Assembly: GCA_016927655.1 (NCBI GenBank)
Contig: JAFGMG010000005.1
Span: 11,991 to 75,990, forward strand
Source: Candidatus Dojkabacteria bacterium
GTDB taxonomy: Bacteria; Patescibacteriota; Dojkabacteria; B142; JAFGMG01
Direction of reading: 5' to 3'
DNA length: 64,000 nt
Part shown: in pieces, positions 50,511 to 59,867 of the stretch
Layout: each line of letters begins with the position of its first letter
How positions within the stretch are numbered: the first letter of the stretch is position 1
Notes under the pieces: model-generated
Told to the model about the DNA's origin: nothing
Seen by the model: only the letters and a program-made list of their open reading frames with translations
Databases searched by the model: none
Translations under genes and position numbers: made by a program

Positions 50511-50566
50511 TTTGGCCGGTATTTCAATATTTGTCGTGTTGTTTTGTTCGTATAATCAAAAGATTG

Positions 50567-51166
50567 CTATACAAAAGTAGAATTTACCTCATAAATATAT
50601 TTTTCATCCCAATTTCTATAAAAACCTGAATTTTCATATAAATCGTCTAAAACTTTTCTTGCTTGTTCTTCCGTTATTTCTTCGTTTTCTATTTTAAATT
50701 GCATTGTTGGATGAGTTTTTAGCGAATGTCCGACTACAGTTTCAAGTCCTAATTGCTCAGCTATACTTAGCGCACTTCCCATCAGTCTCCTTCGAAAATC
50801 CGAGTTACTCAGATAGCGCCTGAGCCTTGCACTTAAATGATCTGGGGATTCTCCTGTTGGGGTTTGTGTTATTTCTAATACGGGTCCATTTATGTTGAAT
50901 CCCATGTGGGCAACGGCGACTTCTGATTCACCTCTTTTGTCGACTAGTTGGAGGCCGTATGTGCCGTCTATTGGCTCTCCTATGGATTTAGGCATATGCA
51001 TTCCTGGACAGAGTCGAATATTGTCTCTATATTCCTCATAGCCTCGGGCTAACCTTTCTAGTTCTTCGATATTTTGTATTGGTATGTATGTAAGGGCTTC
51101 TGGTTGTGCTAACATAGTTGTAAATCGCAAGAGAGGTATTATATCACTGTGATATCCATGATACAA
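50567..51166 (-). CDS. hypothetical protein (island gene 3)
   Basis: 199 aa, no recognisable motifs. Confidence 0.35.
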   Translation of the reverse strand: MYHGYHSDIIPLLRFTTMLAQPEALTYIPIQNIEELERLARGYEEYRDNIRLCPGMHMPKSIGEPIDGTYGLQLVDKRGESEVAVAHMGFNINGPVLEITQTPTGESPDHLSARLRRYLSNSDFRRRLMGSALSIAEQLGLETVVGHSLKTHPTMQFKIENEEITEEQARKVLDDLYENSGFYRNWDEKYIYEVNSTFV

Positions 51167-51220
51167 GGCTGTTATTTATTGTTAGAGATGAGGTTTTTGT
51201 TTGTAAATTCCAGTGGTGTG

Positions 51221-51239
51221 GTTTTGTTGGTATAATCAG
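51221..51239 (+). promoter_or_regulatory. promoter with extended -10 (GTTTTGTTGGTATAATCAG) for the mazG-like operon
   Basis: TGg+TATAAT at 51228-51236, about 130 nt upstream of the ATG at 51367; near-identical copy at 50541-50559. Confidence 0.45.
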
Positions 51240-51366
51240 CAGATTAATACATATAAATGTCCAAACAAGACTTCAAATCCACCCTTGAAAGGTTAGTTGC
51301 TACTTTTGAAAGGAATTATTTCACTTATAAGTCTATTCCAAAAATATAAATTTTAAATACAAAGAT

Positions 51367-51738
51367 ATGGCAAATAAAAAATCTGAAAAAACTCTCGTAG
51401 AACTTGAAAGTAAGGCAATTGATTTTCGAGAACAAAGAGACTGGGAACAATTTCACAATCCTAAAAATATCGCTGGGTCAATAGCCATAGAAGCTTCTGA
51501 ACTGTTAGAAGTCTTTCAGTGGGCTGAAGGTAAGGACAGTAAAAAGTTAGCTAAGAAAAGACTTCAAGAGGTTAAAGATGAAATGGCTGATGTGTTGGTC
51601 TACCTAGTAACTTTGGCACATGACCTAAATATTGACTTGATAGAAGCTGCGATTGAGAAAATTGAAAAAAATGACAAAAAGTATCCCGTAGAAAAAGCAA
51701 AGGGTAAATCTACAAAATATACTGAACTTAAGCAATAA
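51367..51738 (+). CDS. MazG-like all-alpha nucleoside triphosphate pyrophosphohydrolase
   Basis: EExxE...E(x)xxD metal-binding pattern: IAIEASELLEVFQWAE ... LQEVKDEMADVLVYLVTLA; 123 aa. Confidence 0.65.
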   Translation: MANKKSEKTLVELESKAIDFREQRDWEQFHNPKNIAGSIAIEASELLEVFQWAEGKDSKKLAKKRLQEVKDEMADVLVYLVTLAHDLNIDLIEAAIEKIEKNDKKYPVEKAKGKSTKYTELKQ

Positions 51739-51742
51739 TCTT

Positions 51743-53317
51743 ATGTACGAAATTAAGAAGTTCGATTATAAAAAAGGTAATTTTGATCTGATTAAGATTT
51801 ATAGGTATGGAGAAAATTGGCCAATAGTGTATATATTGGAAGACGGGAAAGAAGCATACGTTGGTGAAACGAATACAGCTTGCAGAAGAGCTACCCAGCA
51901 TTATGGAAATGAGGAAAGGGCAAAATTGAAATCGTTATATATTATTGCGGACGATGAATATAACAAATCTGCCACTTTAGATATTGAGTCATCCTTAATC
52001 CGTTATATGTCAGGAGATGGAAAATATCTCCTACAAAATGGCAATTCCGGAATCCAAGAATCCAACTACTATGATCGTGAGAGATATCAAGCAAAGTTTG
52101 AAACTATTTGGAAAGAGTTACAGAAGATTAATATTGTAAAAAATGATTTGTTGCAGATTGAGAATAGCGATCTTTTTAAATATTCTCCTTACAAGGCACT
52201 AACGGAGGATCAGTTAGCTGTGGTGGGAGAGATAATGCGTAGTATTGAGAATGGGGAGAAAATCCCGCATTTAGTATCTGGGGAGCCTGGAACTGGGAAA
52301 ACAATTGTTGCAACATATTTAGTTAAAGCATTAACTATGAAAGAATGGTCAAAGGATATGGAAGTAGGACTTGTCATACCAATGACATCTTTAAGAAGGA
52401 CTTTGAAAAGGGTGTTCAGAAACGTGAAAGGATTATATCCAGGTATGGTAATAGGTCCATACGATGTGATAAAGAAGAAATATGACATTTTAGTCGTTGA
52501 CGAAGCTCATAGATTGCAAAGAAGGCTTAATCTTACAAACTACCCAGATTTTGATAAGGTATCTGCTTCACTTGGTTTAGATAAAGAAGAGACCAACCAA
52601 CTAGATTGGGTATTAAAGTCTTCTAAATACCAAATATTTTTTTATGACAGATATCAGGCAGTAAAGCCAGCAGATATAAGATACGATGTTATAGAGGATA
52701 TCACGTTCAAGATCCACGAATTAGTCTCTCAGATGAGAATTAGTGGTGGCGAAAAGTATATTGAATACGTGAGGGATATATTTAATTGTAAGAAACCACA
52801 TCCAAATAAATTCTATACGTATGAATTTAAACTTTTTGATAAAGTAAAGGATTTGGTTGCTGCGATAAAACTAAAAGATCGAGAGCATGGATTATCTAGA
52901 ATTCTTGCAGGATATGCCTGGGAATGGAAAACTAAGGGAAATAATTCTATTGATTACGATATTGAGATTGATGAGGTAAGACTTAAATGGAATAGCGTCA
53001 CACAAGATTGGGTTAATTCGCCAAATGCAATAAATGAGGTCGGTTGCATCCATACCATTCAAGGTTATGATCTTAATTATGCTGGTGTCATAATAGGTCC
53101 AGAACTATCCTACGATAAGGATAAAAACAATATAATTGTTGATAAAAGTAAATATTTAGATTTCAATGGAAAGAGAGCAATCTCGGATCCTGCTGAGTTA
53201 GAGGCTTACATCAAAAATATATATAAAACGCTATTAACTCGGGGTATAAAGGGGACCTATGTCTATATTGTTGACGAAAACTTACGGGAGTATATGCGGG
53301 AATACTTTTATGATTAG
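51743..53317 (+). CDS. GIY-YIG nuclease domain fused to DUF2075 (Schlafen-group-3-like) P-loop ATPase
   Basis: N-terminal PIVYILEDGKEAYVGETNTACRRATQH...NEER (GIY-YIG); Walker A SGEPGTGKT; Walker B ILVVDEAHRL; C-terminal DUF2075 pattern GCIHTIQGYDLNYAGVIIGPEL and TLLTRGIKGTYVYIV; 4-nt gap after mazG-like gene. Confidence 0.7.
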   Translation: MYEIKKFDYKKGNFDLIKIYRYGENWPIVYILEDGKEAYVGETNTACRRATQHYGNEERAKLKSLYIIADDEYNKSATLDIESSLIRYMSGDGKYLLQNGNSGIQESNYYDRERYQAKFETIWKELQKINIVKNDLLQIENSDLFKYSPYKALTEDQLAVVGEIMRSIENGEKIPHLVSGEPGTGKTIVATYLVKALTMKEWSKDMEVGLVIPMTSLRRTLKRVFRNVKGLYPGMVIGPYDVIKKKYDILVVDEAHRLQRRLNLTNYPDFDKVSASLGLDKEETNQLDWVLKSSKYQIFFYDRYQAVKPADIRYDVIEDITFKIHELVSQMRISGGEKYIEYVRDIFNCKKPHPNKFYTYEFKLFDKVKDLVAAIKLKDREHGLSRILAGYAWEWKTKGNNSIDYDIEIDEVRLKWNSVTQDWVNSPNAINEVGCIHTIQGYDLNYAGVIIGPELSYDKDKNNIIVDKSKYLDFNGKRAISDPAELEAYIKNIYKTLLTRGIKGTYVYIVDENLREYMREYFYD

Positions 53318-53343
53318 ATTTAACTAATTAGGACAAAAGACAA

Positions 53344-53625
53344 GTGAAGTGGATATATAAGATTACTTTCCCAAATGGCAAAATATATATTGGCAAGGAT
53401 TTAACAGGTACTTTTAGATATTTTGGGAGTTGGGATAGTGAACTTGTTAAAAACGATCATCTAAATGAGGGTATAAATGTATTTGTAATAAACCGTGAAA
53501 TATTATGGCAATCGGATATTGCTTCTGATGAAGAAGTTAATTTTAAAGAGGTTGAATTTATTCGGAAATATAAGTCAAATGATCCCTCTATTGGATATAA
53601 TAAATGGCCCAAGTTTAAAAGTTGA
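53344..53625 (+). CDS. stand-alone GIY-YIG nuclease-family protein (93 aa)
   Basis: WIYKITFPNGKIYIGKDLTGTFRYFG (GIY ... YIG ... R) and downstream E/N. Confidence 0.55.
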   Translation: MKWIYKITFPNGKIYIGKDLTGTFRYFGSWDSELVKNDHLNEGINVFVINREILWQSDIASDEEVNFKEVEFIRKYKSNDPSIGYNKWPKFKS

Positions 53626-53909
53626 TAGATATAGATCTCGACACTATAGTCTGCCCTGCTAGAGCTGATGGATTCAAAATGGCGTTCGAAGGCCAGAAGG
53701 CTTGGTGGGCGGTGAGAATATCAGCAAGTATGCTCTCTCAGCTCAAATACATCGCCATGTACGAAATAAGCCCGATAAGTGCAATTCGCTGGGCAGGCAA
53801 AATCCAGTCAATCAAACCATACGAAGATACAGGAAAGTACAAGATTTACCTGTCTGAGATATTCAAAATTGGACCAGTTAAAATAAAGAGTCCAAAGAAT
53901 GCTCCTTAA
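53622..53909 (+). CDS. hypothetical protein, translationally coupled (ATGA overlap) to GIY-YIG gene
   Basis: 95 aa, no recognisable family. Confidence 0.3.
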   Translation: MIDIDLDTIVCPARADGFKMAFEGQKAWWAVRISASMLSQLKYIAMYEISPISAIRWAGKIQSIKPYEDTGKYKIYLSEIFKIGPVKIKSPKNAP

Positions 53910-53968
53910 GGAAGCAGATACACAAACTTTCACCTGTTGGAACGTAGCAAAGCGCTTGAGGAAATTTT

Positions 53969-55744
53969 TTAGCTATTCGTCTCAAGCAGTTCTTCTTTGA
54001 ATTTATCGTAGAATTCTTCGACTTTCATGACTCCCATATCTTCGCCGGAGCGCGGGCGCACGGAGATTACCTGGCTGGCTTCTTCCTGCTTGCCAAGCAC
54101 TACCATATATGGAATTTCATTTAGTTGTGCTTGGCGGATTTTATTTTGCAGGGACTCGTCTTTCATATCAATTCTTGCGCGGATGCCTAGATCTTCAAGT
54201 TCTTTCAGGATCTTTGCAGCGTAGCCGTTAAATTCATCAGAAATCGGCAAAATTATCGTTTGTGTCGGTGCAAGCCAGAGTGGCAGTGCTCCTGAATAGT
54301 TCTCAAGTATGAGCGCGATAAACCTCTCAAGCGAGCCGATCAGTGAATGATGAATAAGAACAGGTGTTTGATCGTTTGATTTTTGGTCGCTGTAGGTAAT
54401 TTTGCACCTGCCGGGAGTAACCATGTCAGCGTGAATAGTTGATAACTGCCAGTCTTTGCCAAATATATCTTTTATCTGGAAGTCAATCTTCGGCCCATAG
54501 AAATCAGCTTCTCCGACTGCCTCTCTTGCAACCATTTTTGATTCCTCCAGAGATTTCACAAGTATCCGCTCTGCCCTTTCCCAAGTGTCTTCGCTGCCCA
54601 GATAGTCGCTCATTTTCGTTTTATCTCTTCTGGAGAATTGAAGTCTGTATTCTCTGAGTCCGAAGCTTCTTAGAACTTTTGTTGTGAAATTTAGTAATTT
54701 TAGTACTTCTTCTACAGCGTCCTCTTCTGTTGTAAATATATGGGCTGCATCCTGGGTAAATTCTCTCGTTCTCACCATCCCATCAAGCTTTTTGGTCTCT
54801 TCTTCCCGGTAAATTCTTGCAAATTCGAAAAATTTCAAAGGAAGATTTCTATAACCTCTTCTTTTTGTCCGGAAAACCTCAATGTGACTGGGCGTCGCCA
54901 TGGGCCTAAGCATATAAAGATCCTTGCCAATTGGAAATGGTCTGATATCTTGATCCTGATAAAATTCAAAATGTCCTGTCTGCTTAAATAGCTCAACTTT
55001 TGCAATATTCGGCGTCCAGACTTCGGCAAAACCTTCTTTTTCTCTAAGTTTTCTAATGTGGCTCATTATCAGCCTTTTTATTTTTGTCCCCTCTTCAAGC
55101 CAGATTGGAAGTCCTGGTCCAGTAAGCTCCTGAAAAGCAAAAAGATCCCTTTTGGGACCTATTACTCTGTGTTCTTTTTCCTGTTTTACTACTTCTTCTT
55201 TGAAAAACTCTTTTAATTCTTCCTCAGTTTTAAATGCAACGCCGTTAAATTTATAAAGGATCGGCCTGTCTTTATCATCTTTCCAGTGAACTCTTTCCAT
55301 ACTTGTGAGGCGGAACGCTCCAAGCCTTCCGGTGTGAGCGACATGTGGCCCGCGGCATAAGTCGATAAATTCTTCCCCGGTTTTGAAAAAACTGATCTCC
55401 TCGTCTGGAATTTCCTGCAGCAGTTCTGTCTTGTAAATCTGCCCTTGCTGATGAAGCATATCAAATGCTGCGTCTCTTGGTATTAGTACCTGGGTGATTG
55501 GAAACTCTTCTTCGATGATTTCTTTCATTTCTTTCTCGAGTTTTGGAAGAATTTCTTCTTCTTTGAGCTGATCTGCAATTTCAAGTTCGTAATAAAAGCC
55601 GTTATCAACTGCGGGGCCGATGCCGAGCTTTGCATCAGGGTAAAGCCTGAGTACAGCTTGCGCCAGGACATGCGCGAAACTGTGGCGCATTTTCTCCAGC
55701 TCATTGCTCTCATCAATATTTTGATCGTAGTCGTTGTCTGTCAT
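53969..55744 (-). CDS. thrS: threonine--tRNA ligase lacking N-terminal TGS domain (ORF-track start 55936 is probably leader read-through; real start M59/M65)
   Basis: RHSFAHVLAQAV...IGPAVDNGFYYELE editing domain, class II core, anticodon-binding C-terminus. Confidence 0.9.
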   Translation of the reverse strand: MTDNDYDQNIDESNELEKMRHSFAHVLAQAVLRLYPDAKLGIGPAVDNGFYYELEIADQLKEEEILPKLEKEMKEIIEEEFPITQVLIPRDAAFDMLHQQGQIYKTELLQEIPDEEISFFKTGEEFIDLCRGPHVAHTGRLGAFRLTSMERVHWKDDKDRPILYKFNGVAFKTEEELKEFFKEEVVKQEKEHRVIGPKRDLFAFQELTGPGLPIWLEEGTKIKRLIMSHIRKLREKEGFAEVWTPNIAKVELFKQTGHFEFYQDQDIRPFPIGKDLYMLRPMATPSHIEVFRTKRRGYRNLPLKFFEFARIYREEETKKLDGMVRTREFTQDAAHIFTTEEDAVEEVLKLLNFTTKVLRSFGLREYRLQFSRRDKTKMSDYLGSEDTWERAERILVKSLEESKMVAREAVGEADFYGPKIDFQIKDIFGKDWQLSTIHADMVTPGRCKITYSDQKSNDQTPVLIHHSLIGSLERFIALILENYSGALPLWLAPTQTIILPISDEFNGYAAKILKELEDLGIRARIDMKDESLQNKIRQAQLNEIPYMVVLGKQEEASQVISVRPRSGEDMGVMKVEEFYDKFKEELLETNS

Positions 55745-56099
55745 TGCGGGTGCATTATACATGAATTTGAAAAAGAGTGGATGTGGCAGCAGAGGGTCAG
55801 GTAGTTGTGTAAATGGAGGTGTGCGGGGGTATATTTGAAAAAGCCGTGACGTACTAAGTGGCACAATTGTAAAAATTAGAAATAACGGTTTTGGCAATCC
55901 TTGTTGGGCGATATTATCCAGGGGCTTATAATACAAGACATGAGAAAGTGACAGAAAGTAAGTCAGTGATCTTTAGGAACAGGTATCCAGGAAATCGGAA
56001 ATGTTTCATAGAGGGGTTGAACCTGCCGTGTTTCACAGACCTAGGGCCTTTACGCGTGAGTTCCACGCCTTTGCCTAGTTCCGTTGTTATTTACAAAAG

Positions 56100-56172
56100 T
56101 GGGCGGTACAAGATTCGAACTTGTGACCACTCGCACGTCAAGCGAGTGCTCTACCAACTGAGCTAACCGCCC
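56100..56172 (-). tRNA. tRNA-Val (anticodon GAC), CCA not encoded
   Basis: GGGCGGU acceptor, D-arm GCUCAGUUGGUAGAGC, anticodon loop UUGACGU, T-arm ACAAGUUCGAAUCUUGU. Confidence 0.85.
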
Positions 56173-56188
56173 CGCGGGAAAACAATTT

Positions 56189-56791
56189 TTAACGAACCAA
56201 ATTCTTTCCCTTCCCTCTTACGATTTCGTCAACTATTCCGTATTTTACCGCTTCTTCGGCTGTCATAAAATAGTCACGGTCAAAGTCTTTTAGTACCTGA
56301 GTTTTTGTCTTTCCAGTTTGTTTCGCCAGATTCGCAGCAAGCATGTCTTTCAATCTCAAAATCTCTTTTGCGGTTATTTCAATGTCACTCGCCTGCCCCT
56401 CTGCTCCGCCTAGCGGCTGATGAATGTGAATAGTGGCATTTGGCAGGGCGTATCTCTTGCCCTTTGCTCCATTTGAAAGAATCATCGTTCCCATTGAAGC
56501 GGAGCTTCCAACCGCAATAGTTACCACATCAGGCTTCACAAGGTGCATCGTATCAATAATTGCCAAACCTGCATATACGGAGCCGCCGGGGCTCTGAATG
56601 TACATTTTTATATCAGTATCCGGGTTATTTTTTTCGAGAAATAAAAGCTGCGCCACGATTGCGTTTGCAACTTCGGCACTTATTCCAGTTCCAAGAAAAA
56701 TTATTCTTTCTTTTAGAAGTCTGGAATATATATCATATGCTCTCTCCCCGTCGCGAGTTTTCTCAATAATTGTCGGTACTAGATAGCTCAT
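56189..56791 (-). CDS. clpP: ATP-dependent Clp protease proteolytic subunit
   Basis: IIFLGTGI...GSSASMGT (Ser), HQPLGG (His) catalytic context. Confidence 0.9.
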   Translation of the reverse strand: MSYLVPTIIEKTRDGERAYDIYSRLLKERIIFLGTGISAEVANAIVAQLLFLEKNNPDTDIKMYIQSPGGSVYAGLAIIDTMHLVKPDVVTIAVGSSASMGTMILSNGAKGKRYALPNATIHIHQPLGGAEGQASDIEITAKEILRLKDMLAANLAKQTGKTKTQVLKDFDRDYFMTAEEAVKYGIVDEIVRGKGKNLVR

Positions 56792-56892
56792 AGTCGAGTT
56801 GATAACTAATTACTTGGCTGATTATACCAAAAATGGAAGGAAAATGGCTTTGGAACGATTTCCAAAGCCATTTTAAAAATTATGTTCCTCTA

Positions 56893-57234
56893 TTATTTCT
56901 TTTTCCCAACAAGGAAATACAAGAGTAGTCCAATCAGCCCAAAAAAGAAAGTCAAAAGGGCCCATAACGTAGGATTGTCAGTTCCTGATTTCTGTGCGTC
57001 TTTATATACGAAAAACGCAAGAGCAACAGGAATAATCAAGGCACAAGCCATGATACAGCACCACATTACCAAGCCGATACCTGAAAAAACACCAGAGCTA
57101 TCGGTAGTATCTGTTGAATACTCCCAGTCCCAATCATAATCAGATTGTGCGTATGCTGGTGTTGCAAGAGCCAAAGAGAAAACAGGCATCGCTATTAGAG
57201 CGACACACGCTAGTATTGCAAATAACTTTTTCAC
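56893..57234 (-). CDS. small secreted/membrane protein (signal peptide + C-terminal TM pair)
   Basis: MKKLFAILACVALIAMPVFSLALATPAYA signal peptide; acidic DYDWDWEYS segment. Confidence 0.35.
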   Translation of the reverse strand: MKKLFAILACVALIAMPVFSLALATPAYAQSDYDWDWEYSTDTTDSSGVFSGIGLVMWCCIMACALIIPVALAFFVYKDAQKSGTDNPTLWALLTFFFGLIGLLLYFLVGKKK

Positions 57235-57565
57235 TTTAGTTCACCTCCTTTCCTTTGTATTTCACCTATTGTAATACAAAAATAGAAACAAAAACACCCC
57301 TTGCGGGATGTTTTTGCTTGCACTTTTAACTATTTTTACTGCCTTTTGCTTTTGTACGAAGCTAACGTGGTTAACTTCAAAAACAATATATCAGATATTT
57401 TAAACCTGTGTCAAGGGAAATGAGGGAAAAAATGCCTTACAAGGTTAAAAATAGAGCGCCTGAGAAATCCTTCCTGATAGGCAAATTCAGAGCATAGGAA
57501 AATTATTGTTAACAAATAAATAAAGAAAAAGAATTTTTGTATAAAAAAATTAGAACAGGGTTATT

Positions 57566-58147
57566 TTACTCTAGAATAAAGTTGAACGAATCTCCCGTTT
57601 GGACGTTATTAGTAGCAAACCAGCCGCTGTTCATTTCTATGGCATATTTCGCAGGTGATTCGGACTTGTATCTCAGGCTTGTATCAAGGGGTTTCGCATT
57701 TTCCTCAATATTAATTATTTTTTGGTTGCCGTCAAGGAATGCAATATCAAGTGAAATATATGTATCTTTCATCCAGAATTCAAGCATCTGCTCATTTTCG
57801 AATACAAAAAGCATGCCATTATCCGAAGCGAGTAAGCTGCGGTTCATGAGACCAGTACTTCGTTCCTGCGGGGTTCTAGCAATCTCAAGCTTTAGATGCT
57901 TAATCCCATCTGTAGTTTGGACGGTTGCCTGTATTGTTTCAAGATTTTGGCTGTATTGTTCTACCCTGCTGCTTTGATTTGAGGCAATACCAAGTTGATC
58001 CCATAGATTATTGTTGCCAAGAAGTGAGATCAGCGAGCAAAGGCTGAGAATAATTACAAGAGGAACCGCAGCAATCAGCCAGTTATTTTGAAGAAAATCA
58101 CTGATTTGCTTAGAAACCTGTTCTTTTGAAATTCTTTTCGAGTTCAT
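57566..58147 (-). CDS. DUF192 (COG1430) domain protein, membrane-anchored
   Basis: RTPQERSTGLMNRSLLASDNGMLFVFENEQMLEFWMKDTYISLDIAFLD. Confidence 0.65.
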   Translation of the reverse strand: MNSKRISKEQVSKQISDFLQNNWLIAAVPLVIILSLCSLISLLGNNNLWDQLGIASNQSSRVEQYSQNLETIQATVQTTDGIKHLKLEIARTPQERSTGLMNRSLLASDNGMLFVFENEQMLEFWMKDTYISLDIAFLDGNQKIINIEENAKPLDTSLRYKSESPAKYAIEMNSGWFATNNVQTGDSFNFILE

Positions 58148-59867
58148 TTTTTGATAATTCCCAGATAATAGGCCTGCCGTGCGGGCAGGAATAAGGTTTT
58201 TCGCAAGCGAAAAGTTGTTTGATCATAGTTTCGACTTCTTCCTGATGCATTTTTCTGCCGGCTCTGATGCTTGAATGGCAGGCAAGAGTGGCTACAATGA
58301 GATGCAGGACTTTTTTATTATTAATTTCCAGCAGTTCTTCGCATAAGACCTCTTCAATAAAGCCTGCAAAATCAAAATTTTTAAGAATTGCGGGTTTTTC
58401 GGCGAGTTTTACTGTGTTTTTGCCGAATGGCTCGAGGATTATGCCCAATTTTTCGAATTCCGGCATTTTTTCTTTCAGGCTGTTAAATTCTGCTGGAGTC
58501 AGCTCTATAGTTTCCGGGGTGAGCAGTGCTTGGGTTTCCAGGGCTTTGTCTGAATTTATCTTTTTCATGATTTTTTCATAGTTGATCCGCTCGTCTGCTG
58601 CATGCTGGTCGATAAAGAGCAGTTTCTCTTCTCTTTCTATGACGATGTACGTATTGAAAAACTGAGCTGCTTTAAAGCTGTCAAATTTCAGCGTGTCTTT
58701 TTTAATATTTTCATCAGACTCAAGCAGGGCTCTTGAAAAATTCAAACTTCCCTGGATAAAATTTGGTGTGTTATTTGGAGAGCTTGGTCTATAGCTCCTT
58801 CTTCGTTCTGAAAGTCTGGAATGTAGACCTTGAGGGCTGTAATTCATATTCGGCTGCTGAGAAAATTGCTGTTTCACGGTATCCTTCATACTTGATGATA
58901 AAGCGTGTTCTACTGCATGTTTCACGGCGCTGAAGACACTATTTGTATTCCCGAATTTCACCTCAAGTTTTCTTGGATGTACGTTCACATCGACTGATTC
59001 GGGATCGAGCTCCAGGAAAATAAAGAATGCCGGATATCTTCTTTCGGGATGTGTCGAGTGAAACGCATCTTCGACGGCCTTTGTTATTAAATTTGAACTG
59101 ATCGGCCGATTATTCAAAAATATAAATTGTGCACTTCTGTCTCTCCTTGCCTCTTCGGGCTTTGAGAGTAAGCCTGTTATTTTTATCTGGGGAGCATCGT
59201 ATGTGATCCTTGCTAATTTATCTTTGTATCGTCCTCCCCAGATGTCGAATATTCTTGTTTCGAGGGAATTGGTGCTTGGAAAATTATAAACTAGTTTATC
59301 ATCGGCAAAAAGTTTGAAACTAACTGCCAGATTGGCGAGAGCATGTCTTATGAAGATGTCTGAAATATGCTTAAATTCAGTACTATCCGAGCGCAGGAAT
59401 TTTTTTCGCGCTGGAACGCGTCCAAAAAGCTCTTGGACTTTGATAGTAGTCCCCTTCTCTATCTTGCCGGGACGGATTTGCTGCCTTTGATTCAAAATTT
59501 CTACCAAAGTAGAATCTTTTAAATTCCCTGTTTCCAATAATATGTCTGCAACTGCTGAAATACTTGAAAGTGCTTCGCCTCTAAAACCGAGAGTGATAAT
59601 TTTGCTCAAATCCTCCTCGTTAGATATTTTTGAAGTTGTGTGCTGCTCAAATGCAAGTTCTGCGTCCTCAAGGCTCATGCCGGAACCATTGTCTCGAAGC
59701 TCGATCAAAGCCCGGCCGGCTTTCTGAATATAAAGCTCCAGGCTTGTCGATCCGGCGTCAAGGCTATTTTCTATAAGTTCTTTGACTACAGAAGCCGGCC
59801 TTTCGACGACCTCTCCTGCGGCAATTTTTGCGACCAATTGTGGTGATAATTTGTTTATTTTATTCAT
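58110..59867 (-). CDS. mutL: DNA mismatch repair protein MutL
   Basis: GHKL ATPase N-term AAGEVVERPASVVKELIENSLDAG, GFRGEAL, C-terminal dimerisation/endonuclease region with CxHGRP. Confidence 0.9.
   Translation of the reverse strand: MNKINKLSPQLVAKIAAGEVVERPASVVKELIENSLDAGSTSLELYIQKAGRALIELRDNGSGMSLEDAELAFEQHTTSKISNEEDLSKIITLGFRGEALSSISAVADILLETGNLKDSTLVEILNQRQQIRPGKIEKGTTIKVQELFGRVPARKKFLRSDSTEFKHISDIFIRHALANLAVSFKLFADDKLVYNFPSTNSLETRIFDIWGGRYKDKLARITYDAPQIKITGLLSKPEEARRDRSAQFIFLNNRPISSNLITKAVEDAFHSTHPERRYPAFFIFLELDPESVDVNVHPRKLEVKFGNTNSVFSAVKHAVEHALSSSMKDTVKQQFSQQPNMNYSPQGLHSRLSERRRSYRPSSPNNTPNFIQGSLNFSRALLESDENIKKDTLKFDSFKAAQFFNTYIVIEREEKLLFIDQHAADERINYEKIMKKINSDKALETQALLTPETIELTPAEFNSLKEKMPEFEKLGIILEPFGKNTVKLAEKPAILKNFDFAGFIEEVLCEELLEINNKKVLHLIVATLACHSSIRAGRKMHQEEVETMIKQLFACEKPYSCPHGRPIIWELSKNELEKNFKRTGF

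Noticed and set aside
55745-56099. T-box riboswitch or leader upstream of thrS
   Set aside because: No AAUUAGGGUGGUACCGCG-type T-box sequence and no obvious terminator/antiterminator pair seen by eye. The leader may still be regulatory but cannot be supported.
57290-57335. Hairpin AAAAACACCCCttgcGGGatGTTTTTGC as a regulatory element
   Set aside because: The stem is very short (3-4 bp). At most it is a weak bidirectional terminator, about 250 nt downstream of the DUF192 gene; not compelling.
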